DNA of 64,000 nucleotides from positions 50,718,001 to 50,782,000 of the forward strand of contig NC_045697.1 in NCBI RefSeq assembly GCF_009834535.1, in the 5' to 3' direction. Of this stretch, positions 39,755 to 51,599 are shown one piece after another (within the stretch, counting starts at the first letter, position 1; every line of letters begins with the position of its first letter). Source of the stretch: Camelus ferus (lineage: Eukaryota). Position numbers and translations under genes: made by a program. Under the pieces are notes generated by a model. That model saw nothing but the letters and a program-made list of their open reading frames with translations, had not been told where the DNA came from and ran no database searches.

Positions 39755-41633
39755 CTTTCAGAAGCAGCATTTCTGTTTACTAGCTCCATGAGAACATCAT
39801 TCATTGGTTAACACATTTTTTTCTTCAGAAACAGAAAAAAAAAAGGATATTTATCCACTTACTCTGGTGTTACATCTGCAGAAATTCTACCAAGAAGATA
39901 TAAATGATTACGACATAGCTTTAGTTCTGTGTTTTCTGCCTTATCTTTCCAAGGCAGCATCCTTGTGATCTGCCCTGGATCTTAATGGTCTTAAATTCCC
40001 TCCCTCTTCTCATCCCACAGGACAACCTTACAGTTTCCTAGGTTGACTCAGTTCAATTTTTGGTTGATGTAATTAAGCTGATGATCTATTAGATTTGCTT
40101 ACTACTAAACTACATATTAAAGTAAGTTATTACAACCTAAGACGATTCTGTTATACAACTGTATGACATCCCATTTCCATCTTAAATGCATACTTACTTC
40201 AGATCTTATAATAAATGATAATTTCCCTAAAAGAAGCATTTTAGTTTTGAAGACTACAGATAAACAGCCTTATTTTATGCTGAGATCCAAGGTCGTGGGT
40301 GACTAAAAATAGGGAGGAGATTTAAAGCCTTTGGGATGCAAAATGTTGAGCAATCAAGAGATCAGAGTGCTGATAAGTTAATAAAGAAATATACTAATGT
40401 CATTAAGGATGATATGAAAGGAAGAAGCAGAGAGAAAAACAGTGATCAAATGTCAAAGTCAACCAGGAAGTTAAATGGACTATAGGGTGGCAGGCGACAT
40501 CGTGGAGAAGGCAGAATCTGCGAAGAGATACTGAGCCTAACGGGGAAATCTCTCATCTACTGTATGAGTTCAGGAGATAATCCTTCCTACATAATGGAAA
40601 TTTTATTACCTCTCCCCCCATTATCCCCAGCACAAGCAGCCAATCACCTGTCTGAATGCAATGCTTAAGTCTCCAGAATAAGTAGAGAAAGCATCTCATA
40701 CCAGTCCTAAGTTAGCATAAGTAGGTGCTATTTTCAAAGGAAAATCTGCAGGATGTCTGAGCTCACGATGATACCAAGGGCTCATCTTGAAACTCATAGA
40801 ATGTGATGTTCCTTGTGTGGTCATCAGTTAGGGGATCTACAGTACAAGGAGAGTGACATGTAACTATACAGATACACAGGATTACTCACTTGTGGTCCCA
40901 TGTAAGGAAAAAAACCCCTAAAGAATAAAGAAAAAGCCCATGTATTTGGTTAAGTTGAAAATTAATAATGGCCATTATTAATTACATGTATTAGCTCTAC
41001 TTCTCCCTTAATAGAACAAAGTAAGAACAAATGGAAGCATGTAAATCCCCAGTGTTAAGTGAATTATCCAGAATGACATAGCTATGGATCTGGAATACTA
41101 AACCACAGCTCAAGGAATTAAAACCCAAGCTCTTCCCAGAACATTATACCACTCAACTGCCAAGGTGACTCTCAGGTGAATCATAGCCTCCACATACCTT
41201 CATTTTGTTTCTTTTCTATTTTTTAATTAAAAATCTACAGAATTTAGTTTTTCCATTATAAGTGATCACCATTTTAAGTTCTTCCATTGTAAGTGGTCTT
41301 ACTCACTGCAATGACTTAAAAAAAAAAAAGCTAGGTTTTTTTCAGAAGTTAATCCAAATACACTCCCTTTTTCACCTGCCTATCTTTATTGTATCTTCTC
41401 CATTCACCAATTTTTGAATTTTATTTGGAGTTTAATTTCTAGAAATATTGTGCTCCCAATTTTTTTTCAAGGGGGGGAGTTTTTTCTTAAAATTTCTTTC
41501 ATCAAATGGCTCTGTTGCCTGCCTTGCTGGTCTGTGTAAGGCAGCATCTAGCAATTTTAAATCACCTTTTTATCCAATGGGGATATTCACAAGTAGGTCA
41601 ACTTGGATATCATGTTAAATAGAACATTTGAAC

Positions 41634-41806
41634 CAATGGTTCTCAAACTGCGGAGTGCATCAGAATCACCTGGAGGGCTTGTTAAAATACAGACTTTGGG
41701 GCCCATCCCCAGAATTTCTTAGGTGTGCCTGAGAATTAGAATTTCTAACAAGTTGCTAGGTAAGGATAATTCTCTTGTTCTTGGAACCACACTTTCAGAT
41801 TTTCTG
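41634..41806 (+). mobile_element. MER5A-like hAT MITE
   Basis: caatggttctcaaact..gcatcagaatcacctggagggcttgttaaaatacaga...accacacttt, typical of MER5A. Confidence 0.8.
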
Positions 41807-42369
41807 GTACAAGCTTATTCTAGCCTTATTGTAATTTTATTCTAATCTACAGCAGAGTTTGTATATATTTCTAAATATATCTTTAATTAAAAGAAAAGAG
41901 AGACACTATAAATATGAGAATCCTTGGAATTAATTATACCTGCTCATAATCTTTTTGGTAATAGTTAATCACTCATTTGGCCTCAGGATACAAACAAATT
42001 AATTTTCCACTTTTCAATGTGACTGAAAAGAAAAGAGTATTTTGGTTAAATAATAACTGTATTTATTTTAATAATACTTTACATTTATTCATTAAAATTT
42101 CTGTAACATGAAATTCATATGCTTGAACACAAAGATTTCTCAAACTACAATAATCATGTTATTAGAATATAACTTTTACTCATATCAGTGCATGTGACAA
42201 ATTTTTAAAATATCAACTAGAAGATAAAAATCTTTTCTTAGAGTCTTTTGAGATAATCAACCAATCAGTGAACATTTATAGGACTTACAATGTATAATGT
42301 ATATTGACAGATTCCAGAAAATCTGTATATGGAGAGGATCTTCTAGGCTGCCAGTTATCAATCACTTAC

Positions 42370-42441
42370 TGTATATTCTTTATCATTATACCTCTGCTAA
42401 TTTGGTTAGCTTTCAGGATCTCATTAAAGCTTCATTTACTA
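42370..42441 (-). pseudogene. Possible degenerate exon 3 of the CXCL15-like pseudogene
   Basis: Strong acceptor (CTCTCCTTCTCTCTTCCAG|) and donor (CA|GTAAGT). AAT GAA GCT TTA AT..GAT CCT GAA loosely recalls NGSMICLDPD with the Cys codon missing. Similarity is weak. Confidence 0.35.
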
Positions 42442-42569
42442 CTGGAAGAGAGAAGGAGAGCATAAATTCTTTATTTGAATTAATTCTGTAGTTTTCAACT
42501 GCACTTAACAAAATCACAAAGCTCCATTCCTTTGAAGTTCATTACATGAGAAACAGATCATAATAAAAA

Positions 42570-44340
42570 TTATAATGATAACATAATAATAACTCCTTAG
42601 CAAATTATCAATACAAGGATGGCCACAGAACATCACGCATAATAGTGAAAACTTGAAATATTCCTTTTAGATGAAGATACAAGACAAGGGTGCCTGCTAT
42701 GAACAAAACTAGAAAGATAAGAGTTATAAGATTTCCAAAGGAGGACACTAAACTGCCATTGTTCCCAAATGATGTGATTATGTGAGTGAAGGGTTGATGG
42801 TTACAAATCTATACAAAATTTTATGTCTAAATGTTAATGCCAGCTGGAATATGAAATTCTATAATGCTATCCTTTACAATAGCATCAAAACAATAAAGTG
42901 ACTATAAATGAGTTTTTATAATTAAAAAAAGGAAGATCTTTATAGATAAAATTATAAGAGGTTGTTTGAAGACATTACATAAGGTCTCAATAAGCTGGGA
43001 ACTTTCTATAATCTTGAAATAGAAAATGCAGAATCCTAAAGATGTCAGTAATTCACAAATTAATCTATAATTTCAAAGAAATTCCACACAAAATTATAAT
43101 TTAACTAGTGCAAATTGCAAGATGCTTCTAAGATTTATATGGAAGGGCAAAAGTCCAAGGAAGGAAAAACCACTTTAAAGAAAATAGGGAAATTTTTCTT
43201 ATGTTAAGAAGTATTACAAAAATAATGAAGATGGTATACAAGTATAGACAAATTGATTAATGGGACAGAATAGGGAGATCAGAACAATCCCTAAAAATTG
43301 AGGGGAACTCAGTTTACAGCAGAAGTAGGATTGTAGATCAGTGGGAAAATGATATTTTAATATGTAGTGTTTGAACAATTGATGAACCATATAGAAAAAT
43401 AAAATAAAATTGGATAATTCCCTCAAATCACATATAAAAATCAATTCCATGTGGATTAAAGCCTTAAATACAGAGGGGAAAAGCATAAAAATTTTAGGAG
43501 ACAATACAGAAGAATATTTTTTATGAATTCTGTGAAGGAAAGTTTTTTTGAAATAAGAAACTAACAGTGCTAATTAGAAAAGAGCATATTGCTAATCTCA
43601 AGTATATTAAAAGCACAAGCTTCTATTAATTGAAAAGACATCACAGAAGGAATGAAAATATAAACCACAAGTTGGAAAATGAGTTTTGCTATCCATGAAT
43701 CTGATGAGGGATTAATATCCAGAATATGTAAAGAATACCTGTGAGGCAACAGGGGGAAAAATAGTATTCAAATAGGAAAAGAAGCAAAGAAATTAATGGG
43801 AATTTTACAAAAGAGGAAACACAAATGCTTATAAATACATGAAAAAAATTCAACCTCATTAATAATAGAGAAATGGAAATTAAAAGATACCATTATATAC
43901 CCTTCAGATTAACAATACCAGGTATTGGCCAGTATGAGAAGCAACAGATAATTTCACGTAGAATGGAGTGTCAGTTGGTACAACTACTTTGTAATAGACT
44001 ATGGCATCACCTAGTAAGGCTGAGGATGTGCAACCCTAAACCCAGCAAGTAATTCCTAGAGAAACTTTCATAGACATGACCTAGGAGACAGATAACAAAC
44101 ATTGATAATATCAAAAATCTGGAAGGAATCCAAATGTGCACCCATGATGGTTTAGATAAATAAACATTATATTTACTGATTTAGTATTCCTTAAATTGAA
44201 TAGACTATAGCTAAATTGAATAGACTATAGCTAAACACATCAAAATTCATGTGTTGCAGAATATAATATCGAATAACAGACGCAAGTCACAGAAAAATAC
44301 ATTTAGCATGATTCCACTGACCTGAAGTTCAAAAGCAGAC
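42570..44340 (+). mobile_element. Old, heavily diverged L1 (L1M-type) ORF2/3' region
   Basis: Recognisable degenerate ORF2 motifs (acaagacaagggtgcctgct, aaaatcaattccatgtggattaaagccttaaat, ttaatatccagaatatgtaaagaa). It continues in fragments between later LTR insertions to ~45320. Confidence 0.75.
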
Positions 44341-44677
44341 TGTCCTAGTCCATTCCAGCTGCTCTAGCTTAGATACCATAGGCTGGTGACTTAAACAGCA
44401 AACACTCACAGTTTTGAAGACTGGGAACTTGAAGATCAAAAAGTGTTGGCACACTTGGTGTCCGGCAAGGACTCACTTTCTGGTTTATAGATGGCCGTTT
44501 TCTTGCAGGGTCCTCACGTGGTAGACATGGGAGGGAGCTCTCCGGGATCTCTTTTAGAAGGGCACAAATTCCATTGATGAGGGCTCCAACTAATCAGTTC
44601 CCAAAGGCCCCAACACAATGAGGAATAGGATTTCAACATATGAATTTAAAGGGGAAGAACACATTCAGTCCATAACA
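44341..44677 (-). mobile_element. MaLR (MLT1-like) solo LTR inside old L1
   Basis: tgtcctagtccattccagctgct...cacattcagtccataaca; flanks CAGAC/CAGGC as a near-perfect 5-bp TSD. Confidence 0.82.
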
Positions 44678-44806
44678 CAGGCAAGATAAATAATAGTTGT
44701 TTTGGGTTCCATACATAGGTGGTAAAACTATTTTTAAAATACAAGAAATAACACAGTTTAAAATGATAGTCACTTCTTGGAGGGGGTGGATCTATGAGTT
44801 GGGAGG

Positions 44807-45187
44807 TGTGCTAGTTTGCCAGGGTGGCCGTAACAATATACCATAGCCTGAATGGCTTAAACAACAGAAATTCATTGCCTTACAGTTATAAGGCGAGAGG
44901 TTCAAGGTCGAAGTGTTGGCAGATTTGGTTTCTTCTGAGGCCTCTTGCCTTGACTCACAGACGGCCACCTTCTCACTGTCTTCACAGGGTCTTTTCTCTG
45001 TGTGTGTACATCCCTGGTGTCTCTCCCTCTTCTTAGAAGGACACCAGTCATATTGGATTAGAGCCCCCCTTATGACCTCATTTAACCTTAATTAGGTCTT
45101 TAAAGACCCTACCTGCAGTCACGTTCTGAGGTATTGAAGGTTAAGACTTTAACACATGAACTGAGGAAAGACAATTCAGCTCATAAT
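44807..45187 (-). mobile_element. MaLR (MLT1-like) solo LTR
   Basis: gctagtttgccagggtggccgtaacaatataccatagcctgaatggcttaaacaacagaaatt...gacaattcagctcataa. Confidence 0.8.
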
Positions 45188-45329
45188 ATGAATCTCACAT
45201 ATGGAGGCTTTTGATGTACTAATTATATCCTAGATTTTTGCCTGGGAAGCAGGTGAGCAGGTATTTATTCTATTACCAATCTTTAAGTCATAGGTATGTA
45301 TATGAATTCATATACTCTTTTGTATGTGT

Positions 45330-46135
45330 GCTAGGTGGAATCCTAAAAAGGCTCACCAAGTTTCCCTCCCTAACCCCAGGAGTATGAATATGATGAGATA
45401 TTACAACCATGATTGTCACATCACTTGGCAAAAGGGATTTTATAGATATAATTAAGGTTACTAATCAGTTAACTAAATTAACCCAAAGAATAATTATTTA
45501 GGTGGGCCTAAAGTAATTGCATGGTCCCTAAAAGCAGAGAATGTTCTCTGCTCGTAGCAGAAGAGAAAAAATCAGAGATATTTGAAGCATGAGATCCATT
45601 CAATGCAAAGCAGATATGAAAGAAACCTCTCAGAGCTGAGAGTAACAGTCAGTAAGAATGTGGATACATCAATTCTACAGCTGCAAAGAAGTGAATTCAG
45701 GCAACAACATAAGTAACCTTGGAAATGGATTCCTCCCTAAAGCCTCCAAGTGAGACTTCAAACCAGCTGACACCTTAACTTTAGTCTTATGAAACCCTAA
45801 GCAGTCCTCACTACAATAAATAAACAAACAAACAAACAATAACAACAACAATAATAATAAAGTGATGGGATGGAGTTGTTTGCTAACGCCATGGTGGTAA
45901 TCATATTGCAAAATATAAACATATCAAACCAACAAGTTCTACACCTTAAACTTATACAATGTTTTAAGTCAATTATATTCAATTAAAAAAAGAAAAAAAA
46001 GGAACCATAAGCAGACAATCTCATCAAGCCACCTGTACTGCTGACCTACAGAAAGAACTATGAGATAATAAATAGGTTTGTTTTAAGCCACTAAATTGCA
46101 GGGATTTTTTTTACTTAACAGTGAACAGCTAAAAC
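45330..46135 (+). mobile_element. MaLR (MLT1-like) LTR interrupted by a short L1 tail (~45860-46000)
   Basis: ggcaaaagggattttatagatataattaaggttactaatcagtt...aactatgagataataaataggtttgttttaagccactaaatt. Confidence 0.7.
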
Positions 46136-46590
46136 TGTATGTATAATAGAGTTTACAACAAAAAGTTTCCATGAAATGCAAAAGTGTTCCCCACAGATTC
46201 TAAGCTCTGTATTTGTAGGCTGATGCTTTAGAAAGTTATCATCAGCCTCTGGAGTCACCAGGGTATATTGAACTTATTGTATATCCAAGTGTGTAATAGA
46301 GAGATTTCCAGACAATCAAGAATTACTCATGATTCTTTACTAAGGATCATATATCTTTGTTTATTGTATGTGTTCATTGAATTCAAGGTTCAATCAGAAT
46401 TCACTTCCTAACCATGTTCCCAGTTGAGGACCTATTTTTTTTGGAAGGGTACATGGTATTTTCAGAAATGAGAGCGTAAACACTGGGCAATTGTCTTCCC
46501 ATACTGTGCAGGGATAATGCTCAGAGCCCTGGTCTCCTGTACTCTCAATCTAGCACATTTTATAAGAAAACACCAGCTTTGAAAAGCCCA

Positions 46591-47699
46591 TGACTGCAAA
46601 AGATTTGAATAGACATTTTTCTAAAGAAGATATACAAATGGTCCACAGGTACGTGAAAAAAAGCTCAACATCATTAGTCACTAGGGAAATGCAAATCAAA
46701 ACCACAGTGAGATATCACCTGTTAGAATGGCTATCATCAAAAAGATAAGAGCTAACAAATGCTGGCAAGGATGAGAAGAAGAGAACCCTCGTGTACTTTT
46801 GGTGAGAATGTAAATTGGTGCAGCCCCTATGGAAAACAGTATATGAAGGATCCTCAAAATATTAAAAATAGAAGTACTATCTGACCCAGCAATTCCACTT
46901 CTGAGAATATAACCTAAAGAAATGAAAACACTAACTTAAAACTAACCTTCATATTCACAGCAGTGTTATTTACAATAGCCAAGACATGAAACAAAATAAC
47001 TGTCCAGCCAGGGATCAATGAATAAAGAAGTTATGGTAAATGTATATACAGTAGAATATTATTCAGCCATAAATAACGAGGAAATTCCACTATTTGCAAC
47101 AACAGGAATTGACCTTGTGGGCATTATGCTAAGTGAAATAAGTCCAAGAAAGACAAATACTGTATGATCTCACTTATATATGGAATCTAATTAAAAAAAA
47201 AGTCATAGAGAAAGAAATCATTTATGTGGTTACCAGAGGCAGGGAATGGGGGGTAAGGGAATTGGATAAAGTTGGTCAAAAGGTACAAACATCCAGTTAT
47301 AAGGTAAATAAGTACAGAGAATATACTGTCTGAGGGGAGGGCATAGCTCAGTGGTAGAGTGCATGCTTAGTCTACATGGGAGGTCTTGGGTTCAGCCCCC
47401 AGTACCTCCATTAAAAAAAGATTTTAAAAAACGATGATACAGTTAACACTGATGTATGATATATATAAAAGCTTTTAAGAGAGTAGATCTTGAGTTCTCA
47501 TCACAAGGAAAATTATTTTTCATTTTTTGCTTTTTCTTTTTATTGTATCTATAAGAGATGATAGATGCTAACTAAATTTACTGCAGTAATCATTTCACAA
47601 TACATGTAATTCAAACCATTATGCTGTATACCTTAAACTTATACAGTGATATATGTCAATTATATTTCAATAAAACTGGGGGGAAAGTTTTTAAAAAAA
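46591..47699 (+). mobile_element. L1 3' fragment in intron 2 of the CXCL15-like pseudogene, containing a nested SINE
   Basis: Degenerate ORF2 end plus 3' UTR and A-rich tail; TSD GAAAAGCCCA at 46581-46590 and 47700-47709. Confidence 0.9.
47333..47430 (+). mobile_element. tRNA-derived SINE (vic-1-like) nested in L1
   Basis: ggggagggcatagctcagtggtagagtgcatgcttag...gggttcagcccccagtacctccattaaaaaaa interrupting an L1 3' UTR. Confidence 0.85.
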
Positions 47700-47752
47700 G
47701 AAAAGCCCAGTATTAGAAGCTTTCATTCTCCCCCCACATCTTTATTACTTAC

Positions 47753-48592
47753 CTGATTGTTTTGCTGTTACAATAACCACCTTCAGCTATCACCTGGACA
47801 TTTGTGCTGAATTTGGGAGAAATAAAGTCAGAATGTGTCTGAATACACTGACATCACAAATCTTAGCTCTCACAGTATCAGCTGTGTGAGAAAAAAATAT
47901 AGCAAACACTAAGAACAAAGACAGCTATGAAGCTTAATTCTTTAACTGAATTTTGAAATCGTGCAGCAGGACACTCAACTGACAAAACAAGTGCTGTTAG
48001 AAATATTTAGGGGGACAGTCACACAATTCTAATCATCTGGTATTATGGTCAATGAACTTCTATGAAGCATCTACTGTGTTTGAGAAATGGGGAAGGACTC
48101 TAGATGAATAATTTATTGCTTAAAAATATGTATGGTCAATAAGACAACTTACTTAATGGTTAAATCAACTTGATTTCCATCAGTAAAACATTGTAAACAC
48201 AAAGATTTTATGTGAATTCTATCAGCTGAATGTGACAGTTTCTATCCGCCTACCATCACCCCCTAAACCTATTTGTAATAATGCTCCACTGTCTCTAATA
48301 AGGAAAGCTCAGGCCCTTATATTCAGATATTTGTAGGAAATTCAACAGATTTTAAAAATTTAACTCAATAAGAATTTTTTGATATTCGACCATCTAAATA
48401 TGTGTTCTTTTCAGGTTTTAATTTTATAGTTTCTACATTTTGCCTTAATACCAGATTCAATTTCATGGGATATGGAAACTTTTCTGAATTTTTTCAGTGC
48501 CTAAAAGCAAAAGATAAAAGCCACGATTGCCTCACCAGAGATGCCAGGACAGGGACAGCCAGCAGAAGCATGTGAGAGCTCTCAGCAGCCGT
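47753..48592 (-). pseudogene. CXCL15: CXCL15 (lungkine)-like unprocessed pseudogene, exons 1-2
   Basis: Exon 1 (48592-48536): ACG GCT GCT GAG AGC TCT CAC ATG CTT CTG CTG GCT GTC... = (M>T)AAESSHMLLLAVPVL, donor G|GTGAG. Exon 2 (47881-47753): YCES*DL*CQCIQTHSDFISPKFSTNVQVIAEGGYCNSKTI, with acceptor TTTTTTTCTCACACAG| and donor AG|GTAAGT. Both resemble recalled mouse Cxcl15 (MAAQGWSMLLLAVLNLGIF / CDTQELRCLCIQEHSEFIPLKLIKNIMVIFETIYCNRKEVI). Confidence 0.85.
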
Positions 48593-48619
48593 GTCTGTGC
48601 CTGATCTTGATCCTTGTCT

Positions 48620-48800
48620 GAAAGGTGGAATCGACGCTGCAGCCCTCGTTTATGTGCTCTCTGTGACCCTCCTATTCTTGGTTGTTCTTGCACTCTTTTC
48701 CCGCTGAAGGATAAAAGGAACAGCTTATCAAGTGGCGTGTGTGTCACTTGCAAGCCAACAAGGAAGCTGGATCTGTTTTTCAAGCTTTGTTTTAGTTGGG
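48620..48800 (-). promoter_or_regulatory. Relic promoter of the CXCL15-like pseudogene
   Basis: CATAAA at 48654-48649, ~60 nt upstream of the mutated start; two CAAGTG (NK2-type) motifs at 48729-48734 and 48745-48750; GATA at 48724-48729; AGGAAG at 48761-48766. Confidence 0.45.
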
Positions 48801-49164
48801 TGTTTGGGGACGGATAAGATGAATTTGTTGAACAGAGAAATGAACCCATTATTTCCTAGGGGTGAAACTGCTTAATTGTGAAGGGTGCAGTGCCAGTTGC
48901 AGTTAGTAACTCACAGAAAGGAGTCATAACAATGCCTATTCATCTTTCCAAAGGTCGTGTTTGTAGAACGTATGGAATCAAGATGCTTTTCCTTAGACAG
49001 TATTTGCTTTTGGCTTTTGTGCCCATCTATATAATCTCACTCAAGGTTATAACAGAAACTCTCAAGCTCTAACTATACTTACAGTATAGATAACCTACAA
49101 AGAATCTGAATGAAGTTCAGATTACAACAGCCCTTGTCCTGTCAAGATCTACTGACAGGAATAT

Positions 49165-49346
49165 GCAGAATAGATAAACAAGATTATACTGTATAACACA
49201 GGGAAATATATAGCTCACAGTGAAAAAAAATGTGACAATGAATGCATGTACATTCTTGTATAACTGAAAAATTGTGCTCTACACTGGAATTTGGCACAAC
49301 ATTGTAAAATGACTATAACTCAATAAAAATGTTAAAAATAAAAAAG
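49165..49346 (+). mobile_element. Short 3' tip of the young L1 family
   Basis: Reverse complement of the 3' UTR seen at 17000-17175, with an internal deletion; ends in AATAAA and an A-rich tail. Confidence 0.85.
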
Positions 49347-49542
49347 AACAGCAAACTACAGTTTACTTGTGATTTGAAGGCAGCAGTTTCAGTGGACTTG
49401 TAGCTGGATTAACTAACAGTGGACTATGAGCTTTAGTTTGTTTTCTTAAGCAGTTTTATAAGTGACTTGAATTCTCCTATGCTGACCACATTTTTTTTTT
49501 TTTTTTTTTTGGTTTTAGTAAACCCAACACCAAAGCATTTTT

Positions 49543-49928
49543 ACTAGTTTCCTAGAACAGCCATAACAAAGTACCACAGACTGGGTGGCTTAAACAATGG
49601 AAAAGTTTTGTCTCACAGTTCTGGATGCCAGAAACCCAAAATCACAGTGTTGGCAAGGTTGGTTCTTTCTTAGAGCTGTGAGGGAAGAAACCATCCAACT
49701 CTCTGACTTGTAGAAGATCATCTTCATCTCCACACGCTGTTCTCCCCGTGTGCATGGCTGTCTCCACATTTTCCCTTTTCATGAGGACACAAGTCATATT
49801 GGATAACGCACCTCGCTTTAGTGTGACTACCTCTGTAAAGACCCTATCTGCAAATGAAGTACTGGGGGTTAGAAGTTTAATCTATGAATTTGGGGGTGGA
49901 GGTGCAGGTGGAGGACACAATTCAACAC
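49543..49928 (-). mobile_element. MaLR (MLT1-like) solo LTR
   Basis: tagtttcctagaacagccataacaaagtaccacagactgggtggcttaaacaa...ggacacaattcaac. Confidence 0.8.
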
Positions 49929-50359
49929 AGAAGAATCAGTGATTACTGAGGGCTGATGTATTCTGAAAGTAAACCTAGTCTAAATAATAAGAATGTCTTT
50001 TCTTTTGCCGTTTCTCATTCAACATCTATTACCTGCCAGGGCCTTTGCTGGACATTGGGTATATAAAGAGTAAAAACTGAGTTTCTGCTCTTGAGAAATT
50101 CATAGACTGTGTAGAGAAGCAAACTTGTAAGTGCATTAAACTAGATGGTGATCTGTGCTATACCCGAGCAGTATACAACATCTACCCAAGACACCTTTGG
50201 ACAGAGGTGGGAGAATCTCCCCCGGGGAGCCAGGGGAGACTTTCCAGAGGAGGTAACCTTGGAGTTGTTAAGGATGAAAGGAAGCTCAGCATAACAAAAG
50301 GCTGACAAACATTTGAGACAGAGAAATGCACAAAGAGGCATAGCTTTGTGAAGAGTTAA

Positions 50360-50681
50360 TGTGGTCTGAATGTTTATGTTTCCCTGAAAATCCCACATGC
50401 TGGAAGCCTACCCCCTAATGTGATGGTATTAGGAGGTGGGGGTCTTTGAGAGGTGATTGGTTATGAGGGTGGTGCCCTCATGAATGGGATTAGTGCCCTT
50501 ATAAAAGAGACTCCAGAGAGTTCCCTGGGAGAATACAACTCAGAAGAGGGACTTCACCCAGCCATGCTGGCTTTCTGCTCTGGACTTCCTGCTTTAAGGA
50601 ACCGTGTAAAATAGCTATCTGCTGTTTATAAGCCACCCATTCTGTGGTATTTTGTTATAACAGCCCATATGGACTAAGACA
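50360..50681 (+). mobile_element. MaLR (MLT1-like) solo LTR
   Basis: tgtggtctgaatgtttatg...tgtgatggtattaggaggtgggg...gtggtattttgttataacagcccatatggactaagaca. Confidence 0.85.
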
Positions 50682-51501
50682 ACAGTCTTGGCATGTTGAG
50701 AAAGGGGGAAATAAAGTTAGTTCAATCTTAAAATAAAATAAATGTTAATAACGACAACATTCAGTTGACTGGTCAAATCCTGGCCTTTATACAAACCAAA
50801 ATGCTGAAAATAAGTTAGAAATATTATTCAGACACAACTTTAATTTCTTTGAGTCTCATTTTTCTTCTATACCAAGAAGAGGTCACGAAATTCTGTTATC
50901 AACATGTATAGATATTAGGGTGATAATCAGGAAGTATACAAAGATAAGATAATCAAATGTTGAAAACTCAAAATACTTTAGCTTTCCAGAACTTCAAAGA
51001 CAGGCTTAGGACATCATGACAGTCAATAAGGAGTTTGTTAAAGAACATAGAGCTCCAGAAATCAGCATTGAACTGTCATTGAGTCTCTTTGTTCATACTA
51101 AACCACATATGTACAGGGTGAAACTCCATAGGGTCAGGCAAAGAATGGGCATAGATGTTCAGGCTGAGCAATTCTCAGACTTCTGTGGGGTAGAGAGATA
51201 CTTGAAGTCTGACTTGTTAGAGTGGAGAGAACTTGTGAGCACTCAGGGCATTTAGTAGAGACACAGAAGCAGTACAGCTAAACAAACCCTGGGGTAAATC
51301 TCTCTGTCTAGACCACCCTAACAAAGCTTAAAAACAAGCCTCAACAAGATCAGGCTGATGCTCCAGTAGCTTAGCTGCCTACCAGAACAGAGACTAAGAC
51401 TTCAAAAGAAGAAAACAAAATCTTGATGCTCAAAAACATGGTATTCAAAATTTCCTGCATCCAATCAAAAATTACTACACATGCCAAGAAGTAGAAAATC
51501 A

Positions 51502-51599
51502 GGTCAGTGGTAGAGCATGTGTTAGGCATCCACGAGGTTCTGGGTTCAATCCCCAGGGCCTCCGTTAAGGGGACAATTTTTTTTTTTAATTTTTTAAAA
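51502..51599 (+). mobile_element. 5'-truncated tRNA-derived SINE (vic-1-like)
   Basis: tcagtggtagagcatgtg...gggttcaatccccagg; TSD AGAAAATCA on both sides. Confidence 0.8.

Noticed and set aside
40935..40985. NNGH..PNTW-like stretch as an alternative CXCL15 exon 3
   Set aside because: No polypyrimidine acceptor, and the similarity relies on an AT-rich palindrome.
44192..44234. 20-bp tandem duplication (TAAATTGAATAGACTATAGC x2)
   Set aside because: An ordinary slippage duplication within a dead L1.
48532..48849. 105-aa minus ORF over the pseudogene promoter and exon 1
   Set aside because: It is in a different frame from the signal peptide, runs through promoter DNA and has no recognisable domain.
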